Assembly (NCBI GenBank): GCA_032718475.1
Contig: JAUCBJ010006847.1
Span: forward strand, 1 to 64,000
Source of the DNA: Nemertoderma westbladi
Taxonomy: Eukaryota; Animalia; Xenacoelomorpha
DNA length: 64,000 nucleotides
Reading direction: 5' to 3'
The translations under genes were made by a program, and so were the position numbers. Shown here in pieces: positions 12,522 to 24,309 of the stretch. The stretch's first letter is position 1. The number at the start of each line of letters is the position of its first letter. The notes below the pieces were generated by a model. It did not search any database, was not told the origin of the DNA, and saw nothing but the letters and a program-made list of their open reading frames with translations.

Positions 12522-12643
12522 CTATATGGAAATATTACATACATATATCGCGCGACTAATAGGGTTCATCATAGGCCGTGCCTTTTTCCATTTTCACCCC
12601 TGACCAATAAGGGGTCAGCTGCAGTAGGAGCCAACCTTGGGCA

Positions 12644-14580
12644 GACTTATTACCTCACCTTTCCTTTTCACTCGTGATTGGATGACTTATTAACTCACCT
12701 TGCCCTTTCTCTCCTGAGTGACGTCTTATTAACTCACCTTTCCTTTTCACTCCTGATGCTGACTTATTAATTCACCTTGCCCTTTCACTCCTGAGTGACG
12801 TCTTATTAACTCACCTTTCCTTTTCACTCCTGATGCTGACTTATTAACTCACCTTGCCCTTTCACTCTTGATAGGCTGACTTATTAACTCACCTTGCCTT
12901 TTCACTCCTGATTGGCTGACTTATTAACTCACCTTTCCTTTTCACTCCTGATTGGATGACTTATTAACTCACCTTTCCTTTTCACTCCTGATGCTGACTT
13001 ATTAACTCACCTTGCCCTTTCACTCCTGATTGGCTGACTTATTAACTCACCTTGCCCTTTCACTCCTGAGTGACGTCTTATTAACTCACCTTTCCTTTTC
13101 ACTCCTGATGCTGACTTATTAACTCACCTTTCCTTTTCACTCCTGATTGGATGACTTATTAACTCACCTTTCCTTTTCACTCCTGATGCTGACTTATTAA
13201 CTCACCTTGCCCTTTCACTCCTGATTGGCTGACTTATTAACTCACCTTGCCCTTTCACTCCTGATTGGCTGATTTATTAACTCACCTTGCCCTTTCACTC
13301 CTGAGTGACGTCTTATTAACTCACCTTTCCTTTTCACTCCTGATGCTGACTTATTAACTCACCTTTCCTTTTCACTCCTGATTGGATGACTTATTAACTC
13401 ACCTTTCCTTTTCACTCCTGATGCTGACTTATTAACTCACCTTGCCCTTTCACTCCTGATAGGCTGACTTATTAACTCACCTTGCCTTTTCACTCCTGAT
13501 TGGCTGACTTATTAACTCACCTTTCCTTTTCACTCCTGATTCTGTCTTATTAACTACCTTTCCCTTTCACTCCTGATAGGCTGACTTATTTATTAACTCA
13601 CCTTGCCCTTTCACTCCTGATTGGCTAACTTATTAACTCACCTTGCCCTTTCACTCCTGATTGGCGTCTTATTAACTCACCTTTCCTTTTCACTCCTGAT
13701 TGGCTGACTTATTAACTCACCTCTCCTTTTCATTCCTGATTGGCGACTTATTAACTCACCTTTCATTTTCACTCCTGATTGGCTGACTTATTAACTCACC
13801 TCTCCTTTTCACTCCTGATTGGCTGACTTATTAACTCACCTTTCCTTTTCATTCCTGATTGGCTGACTTATTAACTCACCTCTCCTTTTCACTCCTGATT
13901 GGCGACTTATTAACTCACCTTTCATTTTCACTCCTGATTGGCTGACTTATTAACTCACCTTTCATTTTCACTCCTGATTGGCTGACTTATTAACTCACCT
14001 TGCCTTTTCACTCCTGATTGGCTGACTTATTAACTCACCTTGCCCTTACACTCCTGATTGGCTGACTTATTAACTCACCTCTCCTTTTCACTCCTGATTG
14101 GCTGACTTATTAACTCACCTTGCCTTTTCACTCCTGATTGGCTGACTTATTAACTCACCTTGCCCTTACACTCCTGATTGGCGACTTATTAACTCACCTT
14201 TCATTTTCACTCCTGATTGGCTGACTTATTAACTCACCTTTCATTTTCACTCCTGATTGGCTGACTTATTAACTCACCTTGCCCTTACACTCCTGATTGG
14301 CTGACTTATTAACTCACCTCTCCTTTTCACTCCTGATTGGCTGACTTATTAACTCACCTTGCCTTTTCACTCCTGATTGGCTGACTTATTAACTCACCTT
14401 GCCCTTACACTCCTGATTGGCTGACTTATTAACTCACCTCTCCTTTTCACTCCTGATTGGCTGACTTATTAACTCACCTTGCCTTTTCACTCCTGATTGG
14501 CTGACTTATTAACTCACCTTGCCCTTACACTCCTGATTGGCTGACTTATTAACCCACCTTTCCTTTTCACCCCTGATTGA
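12644..14580 (-). repeat. 38-40-bp minisatellite (~49 copies) derived from the exon end plus splice donor
   Basis: Minus-strand unit ccaatcaggagtgaaaaggaaag-gtgagttaataagtcag; the first unit overlaps the exon ending at 14558. Confidence 0.95.
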
Positions 14581-14749
14581 CACTTGATGTTTCCAGAGGC
14601 GCCTAAAATTGTTGGTCTGTTGAAATTAACTAATCCAGCAAAGATAGCAGGTGGTTCACCACATTCTATTGGCTGACAAGAGATATTGGGCGGATACCAG
14701 TTGCCATAGTAACATGCAACATATGGGCCCCCACCCGTGAGTGTGTAAC
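14558..14749 (-). CDS. PAPPA: Pappalysin-like exon (CCP1-CCP2)
   Basis: tatag acceptor, gtgggt donor; GYTLTGGGPYVACYYGNWYPPNISCQPIECGEPP...KCQSGVKRKG vs PAPP-A TCTEGKWNKQVACEPVDCSIP...QCRHPAQLKG; phase 1 to 1. Confidence 0.9.
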
Positions 14750-15227
14750 CTATAATATAATGAAATCAATGAATACGGTTTCGTTAAGTCGATAAATATT
14801 ACGTATGCATTATAACTATATTAGACTTACTAAATAAGGTTACATATACTAAATGTGATAATAATACAATACAATGATTATTATGTGGATATAATGTTAT
14901 GATAATTTAATAAAATTATGCAAGCGAAGCTAAAAAATCACTTCGTTTAAAAGAATAGCAAAAGGATATTTTGTAACAATGTACCTTAGGTTACCTAGGT
15001 AATTAGCATTACCTAATGAGAAGATTATAGCGTTTTTAGAATATTTCTTACAAAATCTCCTATTTGGTTTAGATATACGGTAACTTTATAGAGATACCTT
15101 TATATAATTGCGCATATTGTATTTTATTTAATTTTAATATTTTAAACTAACCTTTTGGGATACTAAAATATACATTACCAATCATAGTGATACTTAGTTT
15201 AGTTACTATTTCTAAACCTACACTCAC

Positions 15228-15514
15228 CGTTGTCGCATGTCGGGATGCAGATCTGCGTAGTTGTGTTGACGAACCCGTCTATCGCGCTTTCGCACTGAAC
15301 CGTTCCTTGCGGTAGTACGAACTCAGCACAGACCTCACTAATAGTATTCCCTTCGCTGGGAGTCCCCAAACAGGTTCCGGCCCTGGGACTGTAGATATGG
15401 GAACAGTTCCTTGCCTTGAAGGAACTAGTCAGTTCCGGATCCGATTCAACATGAACTCCGTACAGAACTACCGGTTCGCACTGATATTCGTCGCAATCAT
15501 CGTAATCATTCACT
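15228..15514 (-). CDS. PAPPA: Pappalysin-like exon (pre-CCP region to CCP1)
   Basis: ttacag acceptor, gtgagt donor; ...YGVHVES...NCSHIYSPRAGTC...CIPTCDNG vs PAPP-A SGVALRS...SCQRGETYSPAEQSC...CTVSCRTG; phase 2 to 1. Confidence 0.88.
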
Positions 15515-16171
15515 CTGTAAATAATTAATCGAAAGAAACGTAGTCAACTACTGTACTAGTACAGTAGGACTGTAGTAGTGTACTGTACTGTACTAGTAGC
15601 AGTGAAATGTAAATTTTAATTATAAGGATTTCAAATCTTTAAAAATATCAGAATTTTGTGGGGAAAAGCAGAAAATATGTGTTTGTTTACTAATATGTGC
15701 TTGTTTACTAATATGTGTTTGTTTACTAAATATGTGTTTGTTTACTAATATGTATTTGTTTACTAATATGTGTTTGTTTACAAATATGTGTTTGTTTACT
15801 AAGATGTGTTTGTTTACCAATATGTGTTTTTTTACTAATATGTGTTTGTTTACTAATATGTGTTTGTTTACTAATATGTGATTGTTTACTGATATGTGTT
15901 TGTTTACTAATATGTGTTTGTTTACTAATATGTGTTTGTTTACTAATATGTATTTGTTTACCGATATGTGTTTGCTTACTAATATGTGTTTGTTTACTAA
16001 TATGTGTTTGTTTACTAATATGTGTTTGTTTACTAATATGTGTTTGTTTACCAATATATGTTTGTTTACTAATATGTGTTTGTTTACCAATATGTGTTTG
16101 TTTACTAATATGTGTTTGTTTACTAATATGTGTTTGTTTACTAATATGTGATTGTTTACTGATATGTGTTT

Positions 16172-18397
16172 GTGGGGCGAGCCACGAAGTTGGCGGAGCC
16201 TTAGCGAATTGACACTGTTAGGGGGTGGGTCAATTTATGCAAATAGTTGTCGTCGTCGTCGTCGTCGTTGTCGTCGTCGTCGTCGTCGTCGTTGTCGTCG
16301 TCGTTGTCGTCGTCGTCGTCGTTACGATTTTGACATGCTAATAACTTTGTCGGATTTAAAGCTGCCAAGTTGAAAATTTGTAGGTATCAATATGAGCAAA
16401 AGTTGAGATTTTTGAGAGACTTTCAGACACCATCAGTGCAATGGTCTCCCGCTAGAGGGCCACATGTCTAAACATTAAATGCCCTCCCATTTCTTTGCTT
16501 TTAATCCGTTTAAGCTGAAACTTGGCAGATATGTATTAGACCATTAGCTGTGACTTTCAAAGGAGGCGAATCCATCTGCAGTTCTCCAGTCTGCCGCTAG
16601 AGGGCCAAAGGTCTGAAAGTGAAATCGTTGTCGTCGTTACGATTTTGACATGCTAATAACTTTGTCGGATTTAAAGCTGCCAAGTTGAAAATTTGTAGGT
16701 ATCAATATGAGCAAAAGTTGAGATTTTTGAGAGACTTTCAGACACCATCAGTGCAATGGTCTCCCGCTAGAGGGCCACATGTCTAAACATTAAATGCCCT
16801 CCCATTTCTTTGCTTTTAATCCGTTTAAGCTGAAACTTGGCAGATATGTATTAGACCATTAGCTGTGACTTTCAAAGGAGGCGAATCCATCTGCAGTTCT
16901 CCAGTCTGCCGCTAGAGGGCCAAAGGTCTGAAAGTGAAATCGTTGTCGTCGTTACGATTTTGACATGCTAATAACTTTGTCGGATTTAAAGCTGCCAAGT
17001 TGAAAATTTGTAGGTATCAATATGAGCTAAAGTTGAGACGTTTGAGAGACTTTCAGACACCATCAGAGCAATAGTCTCCTGCTAGAGGGCCACATGTCTA
17101 AACGTTAAATGTCCTCCCATTTCTTTGCTTTTAATCCATTTATGCTGAAATTTGGCAGATATGTACTAGACCATTAGCTGTGACTTTGAAAGAAGGAATT
17201 GAATTGAATTGAATTGAAGGCTAATCCGTGTGCAGTTCTTCAGTCTGCCCATAGAGGGCGAAATGTTTGAAAGTGAAATCTTTCTCCCATCTCGTTATTT
17301 ATGATCCGTTCAAGCTGAAACGTAGCAGATATGTAGTAGAAGTCGGCCTGAGTCTTTGGTGGGCAGTAAACGGTCTGGAGTCCTCCAGTCTGCCGCTAGA
17401 GGGCGAAATGTATAACTGTCCCCAATTCCTTGATATTAATTTATTTAAAGTTAATATTGGCATATGTACTAGAGCACATGCTGCGTCTTTCTGAGGAAGG
17501 TGGTCGATCTGCATTTCTGCAGTCTGCCGCTAGAGGTAAGCGGAAATTCAAGACGCTGGTCACACTACTAAACGCATTATTTCAACATTCTCAAATATAC
17601 GCTCCATAAATATTTCACGTTACTATTTTATTGATAATCAAGATATAAACCAAGCGGAATTGGGGTGTAAACGTTAAGCAGACACCTGGTGCAGACACCT
17701 GGTGCAGACACCTGGTGCAGACAACTGGTGCAGACACCTGGTGCAGACACCTGGTGCAGACACCTGGTGCAGACACCTGGTGCAGACACCTGGTGCAGAC
17801 ACCTGGTGCAGACACCTGGTGCAGACACCTGGTGCAGACACCTGGTGCAGACACCTGGTGGGTGCAGACACCTGGTGCAGACACCTGGTGCAGACACCTG
17901 GTGCAGACACCTGGTGCAGACACCTAGTGCAGACACCTGGTGCAGACACCTGGTGCAGACACCTGGTGCAGACAGTTAGGCAGACCGGTACTGAAATGAA
18001 TTACACAATAGCCTACATTCGCAGAAAAGCCTTTCTAGAATTATCACTTATGACTACTTATTTGCGTGCATTTTTCACTGGGATTGGCTGCGTGCGTGTC
18101 TAGCGTCGTCTCTTTGATTACGTTGAACCATTGGCAATATACAGAATGTTTTGATTGGACCTATAGGACTAGGAACTTTGCGTGGAAGAATATAATGGTA
18201 GAAATCATAACAAATAATACTCATATAACTTATATTTCGGCAGTTCTTTTAAATATGTAAACCTCTACCGGACTGCTGATTCATATACATTCCTAACATT
18301 CCACACCACATTCCAATAATATCCTAATACAGTAATACTTTCGAATTAGTACTTAAATTAAATTTAAGTCACGTGCTGCGCGAAGGCCCCACTTCGT
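16172..18397 (+). mobile_element. Non-autonomous Helentron-type (DINE-1/HINE-like) element with internal tandem arrays
   Basis: 5' gtggggc...cacgaagt mirrored by 3' gccccacttcgt; (gtc)n microsatellite 16248-16322; three 315-bp tandem units; 13-bp array 17678-17975; inserted without a TSD into the satellite; related termini at 81, 22008, 34845 and 36953. Confidence 0.75.
17678..17975. repeat. 13-bp tandem repeat (gcagacacctggt)n, ~23 copies
   Basis: Direct inspection. Confidence 0.95.
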
Positions 18398-19489
18398 GTT
18401 TACTAATATGTGTTTGTTTAATAATATGTGTTTGTTCACTAATATGTATTTGTTTACTAATATGTGTTTGTTTACTAATGTGTTTGTTTACTAATATGTG
18501 TTTGTTTACTAATATGTGTTTGTTTACCAATATGTGTTTCTTTACTAATATGTGTTTGTTTACTAATATGTGATTGTTTACTAATATGTGTTTGTTTACT
18601 AATATGTGTTTGTTTACTAATATGTGATTGTTTACTAATATGTGTTTGTTCACTAATATGTATTTGTTTACTAATATGTGTTTGTTTACTAATGTGTTTG
18701 TTTACTAATATGTGTTTGTTTACTAATATGTGTTTGTTTACTAATATGTGTTTGTTTACCAATATGTGTTTCTTTACTAATGTGTTTGTTTACTAATATG
18801 TGATTGTTTACTAAAATGTGTTTGTTTACTAATATGTGTTTGTTTACTAATATGTGATTGTTTACTAATATGTGTTTGTTTACTAATATGTGTTTGTTTA
18901 CTAATATGTGTTTGTTTACTAATGTGTTTGTTTACTAATATGTGTTTGTTTACTAATATGTGTTTGTTTAACTACTGTATTTATTGTGTTACAGTTACCA
19001 TTTCGTTAAAATTGCTTCGCGTAGAGGATTTGAAGAATAATTCGGTCCTGTAGCATTTGGTTCTATTGGAATTTAAACGAGGTTACCTTTTTCAGATTTA
19101 AATTTGGGAAATGTTATTTGTTATAACAAATAAGCATAACGTACTGTAAGGTTAGAGCTGGCAGGTATTTCCTAATCAAAACAATAAACGTAACTTGTCC
19201 TGGGTATTGGTATGTATGTTTAACAGTAATTTAAAGTTTATAAGTTAAATATTGGGGCTTCAGATTATCTTTCAGGAACCAATGCATGACAACCTAACGC
19301 TAGGGTGCCTAATACTGCACTCTAGACCCCAATATAATCGATGTGGATTTAACGGTACAACATTACAGGAACCATTATAACAAGGTTTTCTACTATAGTC
19401 TGATTGGTTGTAAATTAAATTACAACCAATCAGGAATGAGTGCAATAATAGTTGTTTTAATTGCTCGTTAAAAACTAAATGATATTAAA

Positions 19490-19690
19490 AGGAAGTGGCA
19501 GGTGGATCTTGGTGTAACTATTACAAGTATTTGGTTTTGGATGGCGGTAATTTATTGATATTCCTGAAACGTTTAATAAAAGACACCGATCTTGATAATG
19601 TAGATGAATTTGGGATGATGGGGGAATATTGTGTTGCGAAGCAGGACGAGTGTGGTGTGGCAGCAATTATTTGCCCGTCTGTTTAATGAT
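19490..19690 (+). mobile_element. Degenerate 3' fragment of an RTE-type LINE
   Basis: GGNLLIFLKRLIKDTDLDNVDE resembles GGQPMTFLRRILKDTGLEDVDD at 61473-61727. Confidence 0.55.
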
Positions 19691-20046
19691 TAATAAAAGT
19701 GGTTCATCATTAACCTTTCATTTTATAGTATTATATATTGTGCTTCGATGTATAGAACTTACTATGTAAAAGTACAATCATATTTTATGCAGTCATTACT
19801 AAGAAATTCGATCTATTATTAGCTGCTCAATTCTAGAACAAAATCTACCTCAAATAGTGAAGATCTCATTTTGGTATTTCGAAACCATGCTGGTCTGATG
19901 CGCGATGTCGAGTTTAGTTAATATATTGAAAACTATATCAATTTATATGTACTCAGTAATAAGAAATCCTTATGAATGTAAATAAATACTGTATGTGGGC
20001 TGCCATTGATGATTAATTTAATCAATGTATATTTGGACGGACTAAC

Positions 20047-20267
20047 CGTACGACCACAGCCGATGTTAGGGCAGTTGGGGTTGCGATGCTGACTTGTAAG
20101 ACCGGTTGTCTACACCTGATATACACGGATTCTACTGTTCTGTGAACATTGTTGGCGTCATCGATTAGTGTAATGTTAATCGTTTGGGGAGTTCCTCCAC
20201 CTTTGTATCCATCCGATGCTATGTACAATGTAACAGAGGTAACAGCCAAATATTCGCTGAAGGTTGC
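20047..20267 (-). CDS. PAPPA: Pappalysin-like exon (most 5' exon recognised in the window)
   Basis: ctctag acceptor, gttagt donor; ATFSEYLAVTSVTLYIASDG...QTINITLIDDANNVH...CRQPVLQVSI vs PAPP-A AYFSQPMVAAAVIVHLVTDG...ETISVQLLDTKDQSH...CRNNPLIIPV; phase 0 to 2. Confidence 0.88.
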
Positions 20268-20409
20268 CTAGAGAAATTTAAAAATAGATATTCGCTATAT
20301 ATTTATAGCGAAATATGAATAGTTAACTACTGTAATATAAACAAACGCATCCAATAAATACCTTTAAAGGAATAGTGTTTTTCAATCTACTCGATGCGGT
20401 CTATGTGTC

Positions 20410-21595
20410 TATGCATTTCTAAACATGCTCACTAAGTCACAGAAAGCCTCCGACCTCAAATGGACTTTAACCGCTGCTAAGAATGCAGTTAATGCTGCAT
20501 CTACCTAGAACTCTGAATACTGAGTGAACAGGCAGTACGCTGATAATCTACAGGAGCTTATCAATCAGCAGGGTGATGCCGTTAATAATGCCATGGCAGC
20601 AGGAAATCATCCATATGGAAATTGATCAACTTTCTGACTGGGAGGAAAACCCTACCAACACTCAAGGTTAAGGTAGAATCGCCAGCTAATCGCCACAATG
20701 GTTGGAAGGCCCTCTTTGAAAACAGTGCTAACTTTGTAAAACAGTGTCCGAGTCTGTATTCTCTGATGTACCCACCCATATTTGTGACATCTCTTTTGCT
20801 GAAGGCAAGGCTGCTACAAAGAGCATCAAGACCAATCGTGCCAGTGGAGTAGATTGTGTCCCCCCTGAGGTCTTTAAAGTACCGGAGAGTTTGGAGCTCA
20901 CCCAGCAAGATAGTCCCACAAGAAATTAAAACGAATAAGTTTGACCCCGTTCTGTCGTTCACTAGAAGGGTAACCTAATCATCTATGGATCTTTTCACGG
21001 AATATCGTTAATCTTGATTGCTGCAGAGCTATACAATATAATTCTATTCAATCGCATCAGGGATCCCATTGATATACTGCAACATGGAAATCAGAATGGG
21101 TTCCGTAAAGGTCGTGGGACCTTGAAGCCCATTTTGGCACTTAGAAGGATAATTGAAGACTTATCAAAAAAGAAAGACAGACATTTGGCTGTTATCTTTG
21201 TTTACTTCTTTAAGGCTTCCGATTCAGTCTGTCCAAGTTCAGTATACTGCATTAAATGGGATTCCTGATAAAATTATTGCAGCAATCAGATCAGTATTCG
21301 ATGGTTCGATGACACTTGTGTCTACTGTTGATGGTGACACAGATCAATTATAATGTTCTACGCACGTTCTTAGGTCATCATAATGATGATGGGGTGATGG
21401 TAACACCACCTACTGTCTCCTGCGGTATAGGAGACCTAGCCAAGTACCTAACTGATCCAGACTTTGCTAATGATTAGGATCACTAGATCGCTCTCAGAAT
21501 CACTAGAGGGAGCCCAACGGCTCCTCAGCTCATTAGAACATGTTCTGCTCTTGTGTTCTTTTTGTTAACTCCAAGAAGGCCAACATTTTGACAAC
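20410..21595 (+). mobile_element. Decayed RTE-type LINE (RT region; frameshifts and deletions)
   Basis: AATKSIKTNRASGVDCVPPEVFK and NQNGFRKGRGTLKPILALRRIIE; colinear with the reverse complement of about 62120-63400. Confidence 0.88.
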
Positions 21596-23129
21596 AGTTT
21601 TGAAAGTCCTCAGTCGAACTTTGACTTTGAATAGCAGCTTTACATCTCCATAGCAACAGCCAATTCGAATTCTTATACACGCCCAGGCCACAATTGTCGG
21701 CTCAAGAGCCGACCATAAGAGGTCAATTTCTTTTAATAACATTGGAATAAAACAACTCCTAAATAATTTGTATATCAACGTTTTTAAATATACTATTCAC
21801 AGATAAATTAGCAAAATTTATTACAGTAATTTTCTGCAGACAAGCTAACACGAAGGCCTTGGTGCAGCAGAAGCTGCAGGCCATCTCTGCGAACAATTAC
21901 AATAATACTATGGTTAGGTATATTTTATGATATTCGCCTCCGACACACACACACAACTCCACCTACACAAGCAGACTTTTGGAAAAGTCCATATAACAGT
22001 CAGCTAATGGCTCGCCCCACATTCCATATTTACACATCTTCATTTTAAGCTCTACTTTTCGTGGATTTAAAGGAAAATCCTTGGGCCGTGGATGGTTTGT
22101 GTTGTACAAATAGAGCAGATATTGTGTTGATCCAGTAGAACAGAAATTGTTTGGTACAAATAGAACATGATGTCTGCATTTAGGTAAAATATTTTAGGTC
22201 GACAAATATCATCTGCAGCCTCTGTGATCAACGATAATGTACTTGGTCAGTTTATCCCATGAGCTACAATACAAGAAGTGTACGTCAAACAGTATAACCA
22301 TAAACCATCATGACTATAATTTATAATGCAATCTATTAAGGAATTTAGGCAGGAGAATTCACCCATAGAGAAATTGAACCGGTATCTTTTTATAGTTAAT
22401 AGTTTATTTTGGCAAATAATAGATCTTGCATATACATCTTGGGATAGCATGGCTATGGTATGCCATAGCATGGTACGCTACAACATAGCACAGCACAGCA
22501 AGGTCCCGAGGCAGGGTTGGCCTCGTCGTATGGCATAGAATCATTATTACATACATGGTCATGCTGTGTCATGGTATGTCCACATGGTATCTATCACATG
22601 TGAAAAGCGCGCAGAAGTTTAGGCCATTAGGACAGAATTCATGGCATGCCATGAAATGTGGTATGTGTGTGGATTACATATCAACACATGTTATATCATA
22701 GAATAGAACAAGCTCGTTGACTTGCTGGCGTTTCTAATAATATTATTTGATTGAATAATTATTATGATGAATTGAGCAATAAACCTAACTGGGCCAAGTA
22801 ACCTGACAATTATTTATCCTCAGAGCGAATAGGAGATTTGTTGGCACGTCAACACATCCAATACCATAAACCATAAATAATAAATGCAGCCTATTGAAAC
22901 AATATTGATACACATTAATACACTATTGTTCGCTAAACTTCGGTAAGTCCCTTCGATAGGTCGCCATTAAACTAGATGAAAAACGTTAGGATTAGTTGTG
23001 AAAGGGATTTTTTCCATAAATATAAATTAATATTTATGATATATATATTTTATGATTACATCATTATATACTTTACGAAAAACTTTTAATTACTTTATTC
23101 TAAAAGCATAAAATTTGTATTACGATAAA

Positions 23130-23530
23130 ATGACAAATGCATATATTATCATCAAATATACTGGGTTTTCCGGATTGAAATGGTCCAGAGACATTTTAGA
23201 TTTGATAGAAAATCCGGGTAGAATTGTGACACTAGAAGAAATTCATGTGGGGTCGAGTGTTGCGTGGGTAACCACAGAAGTTGCTGATCTAATAATATGG
23301 GTTGTTACACCAGAATTGTTGGAATTTCTAAAGGAGTACACCCAAGAGATTATACGGGGACCTTTGGGCATCGCTGTGTTGTTTAACAGTACGCCAACAG
23401 TAGATGATGGGGAACTGGTAACGGAATGCAGGTTACCGCTTACAGCTGCATTGCTACCAGTAGCCTGTAGGGCCAAATGGATAATCATTAACGGTACTGA
23501 AGAAGGAATGTCTGACAAGTTTAAGAAGGA
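23130..23530 (+). CDS. BCAP/BANK1/Dof-family adaptor copy 1, exon 1 (TIR-like domain)
   Basis: ATG 23130, GA/gtaagt donor; IIIKYT..GLKWSRDI, ADLIIWVVTPELLEFL and PLGIAVLF follow the BCAP TIR pattern DILIVYS..AEEW..YL / VVVLLSAELVQ / PHRVVRLL. Confidence 0.8.
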
Positions 23531-24309
23531 GTAAGTATTTATAATTGGATCTACTCATCTCCGTATTCATTAAGACCACAAATTGTAGCAAGTAGCTCAT
23601 GATTAGGGTTAATCATCCATTGGAGTGGTAGAGCTTGTTTAAGTAACACATGGTTTTCGATTGATTACATGTAGTCTAAAATATAACTCATAAAACAAAC
23701 TTTTCCAAGCCTGACTAGAAGACTGTTTGACCTATTCTTGCGAAATACATTTTTGTGGAGCCTTTTCACTTTAACTTTTTTTCCTTTCACGTCCTGAAAT
23801 TGTTTAGGTTATATGTGTAGCCTTTGACATTGTTTAATCGTTTGGTCCGTTTGATAATTTGATCATGGGGATCCTGGGTTTTAGAACTCTGGTAAAGAAC
23901 CTATGCCAGTTTAAATTCTGAAATCAGTTCCACCAGTAAGGAATACAGTTGGCTGCTACGGCGGCGCGGGTGGAGTCAAGAAAAGCGAATGATAAATATG
24001 GGATTATTCCAACTGTTTGGCGCCCTCCTTATAGTTAACGGCTAAGACACTTGCCGACGGACACGGCTGAGACTCAGGTATTTCACCCTCACCAATAACT
24101 TTACTGGATTTATATACCATTAACCCTGCATCTTTTATATTGAAATCACAATGTCTAAGAACACCTCTACATGGTTTATACCATAAATGAACGCCTACTA
24201 CTCGTTAGGAAAAATATGTTTGAACAAATAATTAAATATATTGTGACGTAAATATATTCAAAATAATTAAGAATTTTATTTTCTGACCACAATCTTTTTC
24301 TACTTACAG

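Larger units (their letters stand above)
15674..18970. repeat. 18-bp satellite (tgtttgtttactaatatg)n in two blocks, 15674-16171 and 18398-18970, split by an insertion
   Basis: Direct inspection; source of the spurious VNKHIL / MCLFTN ORFs. Confidence 0.95.

Noticed and set aside
1290-14580. CRISPR-like arrays (repeat lengths 37-51 bp)
   Set aside because: Units are head to tail with no unique spacers; eukaryotic context; no cas genes
15620-18762. VNKHIL, MCLFTN, poly-Arg and CTRCLHQVSAPG ORFs
   Set aside because: Translations of 18-bp, (gtc)n and 13-bp tandem repeats
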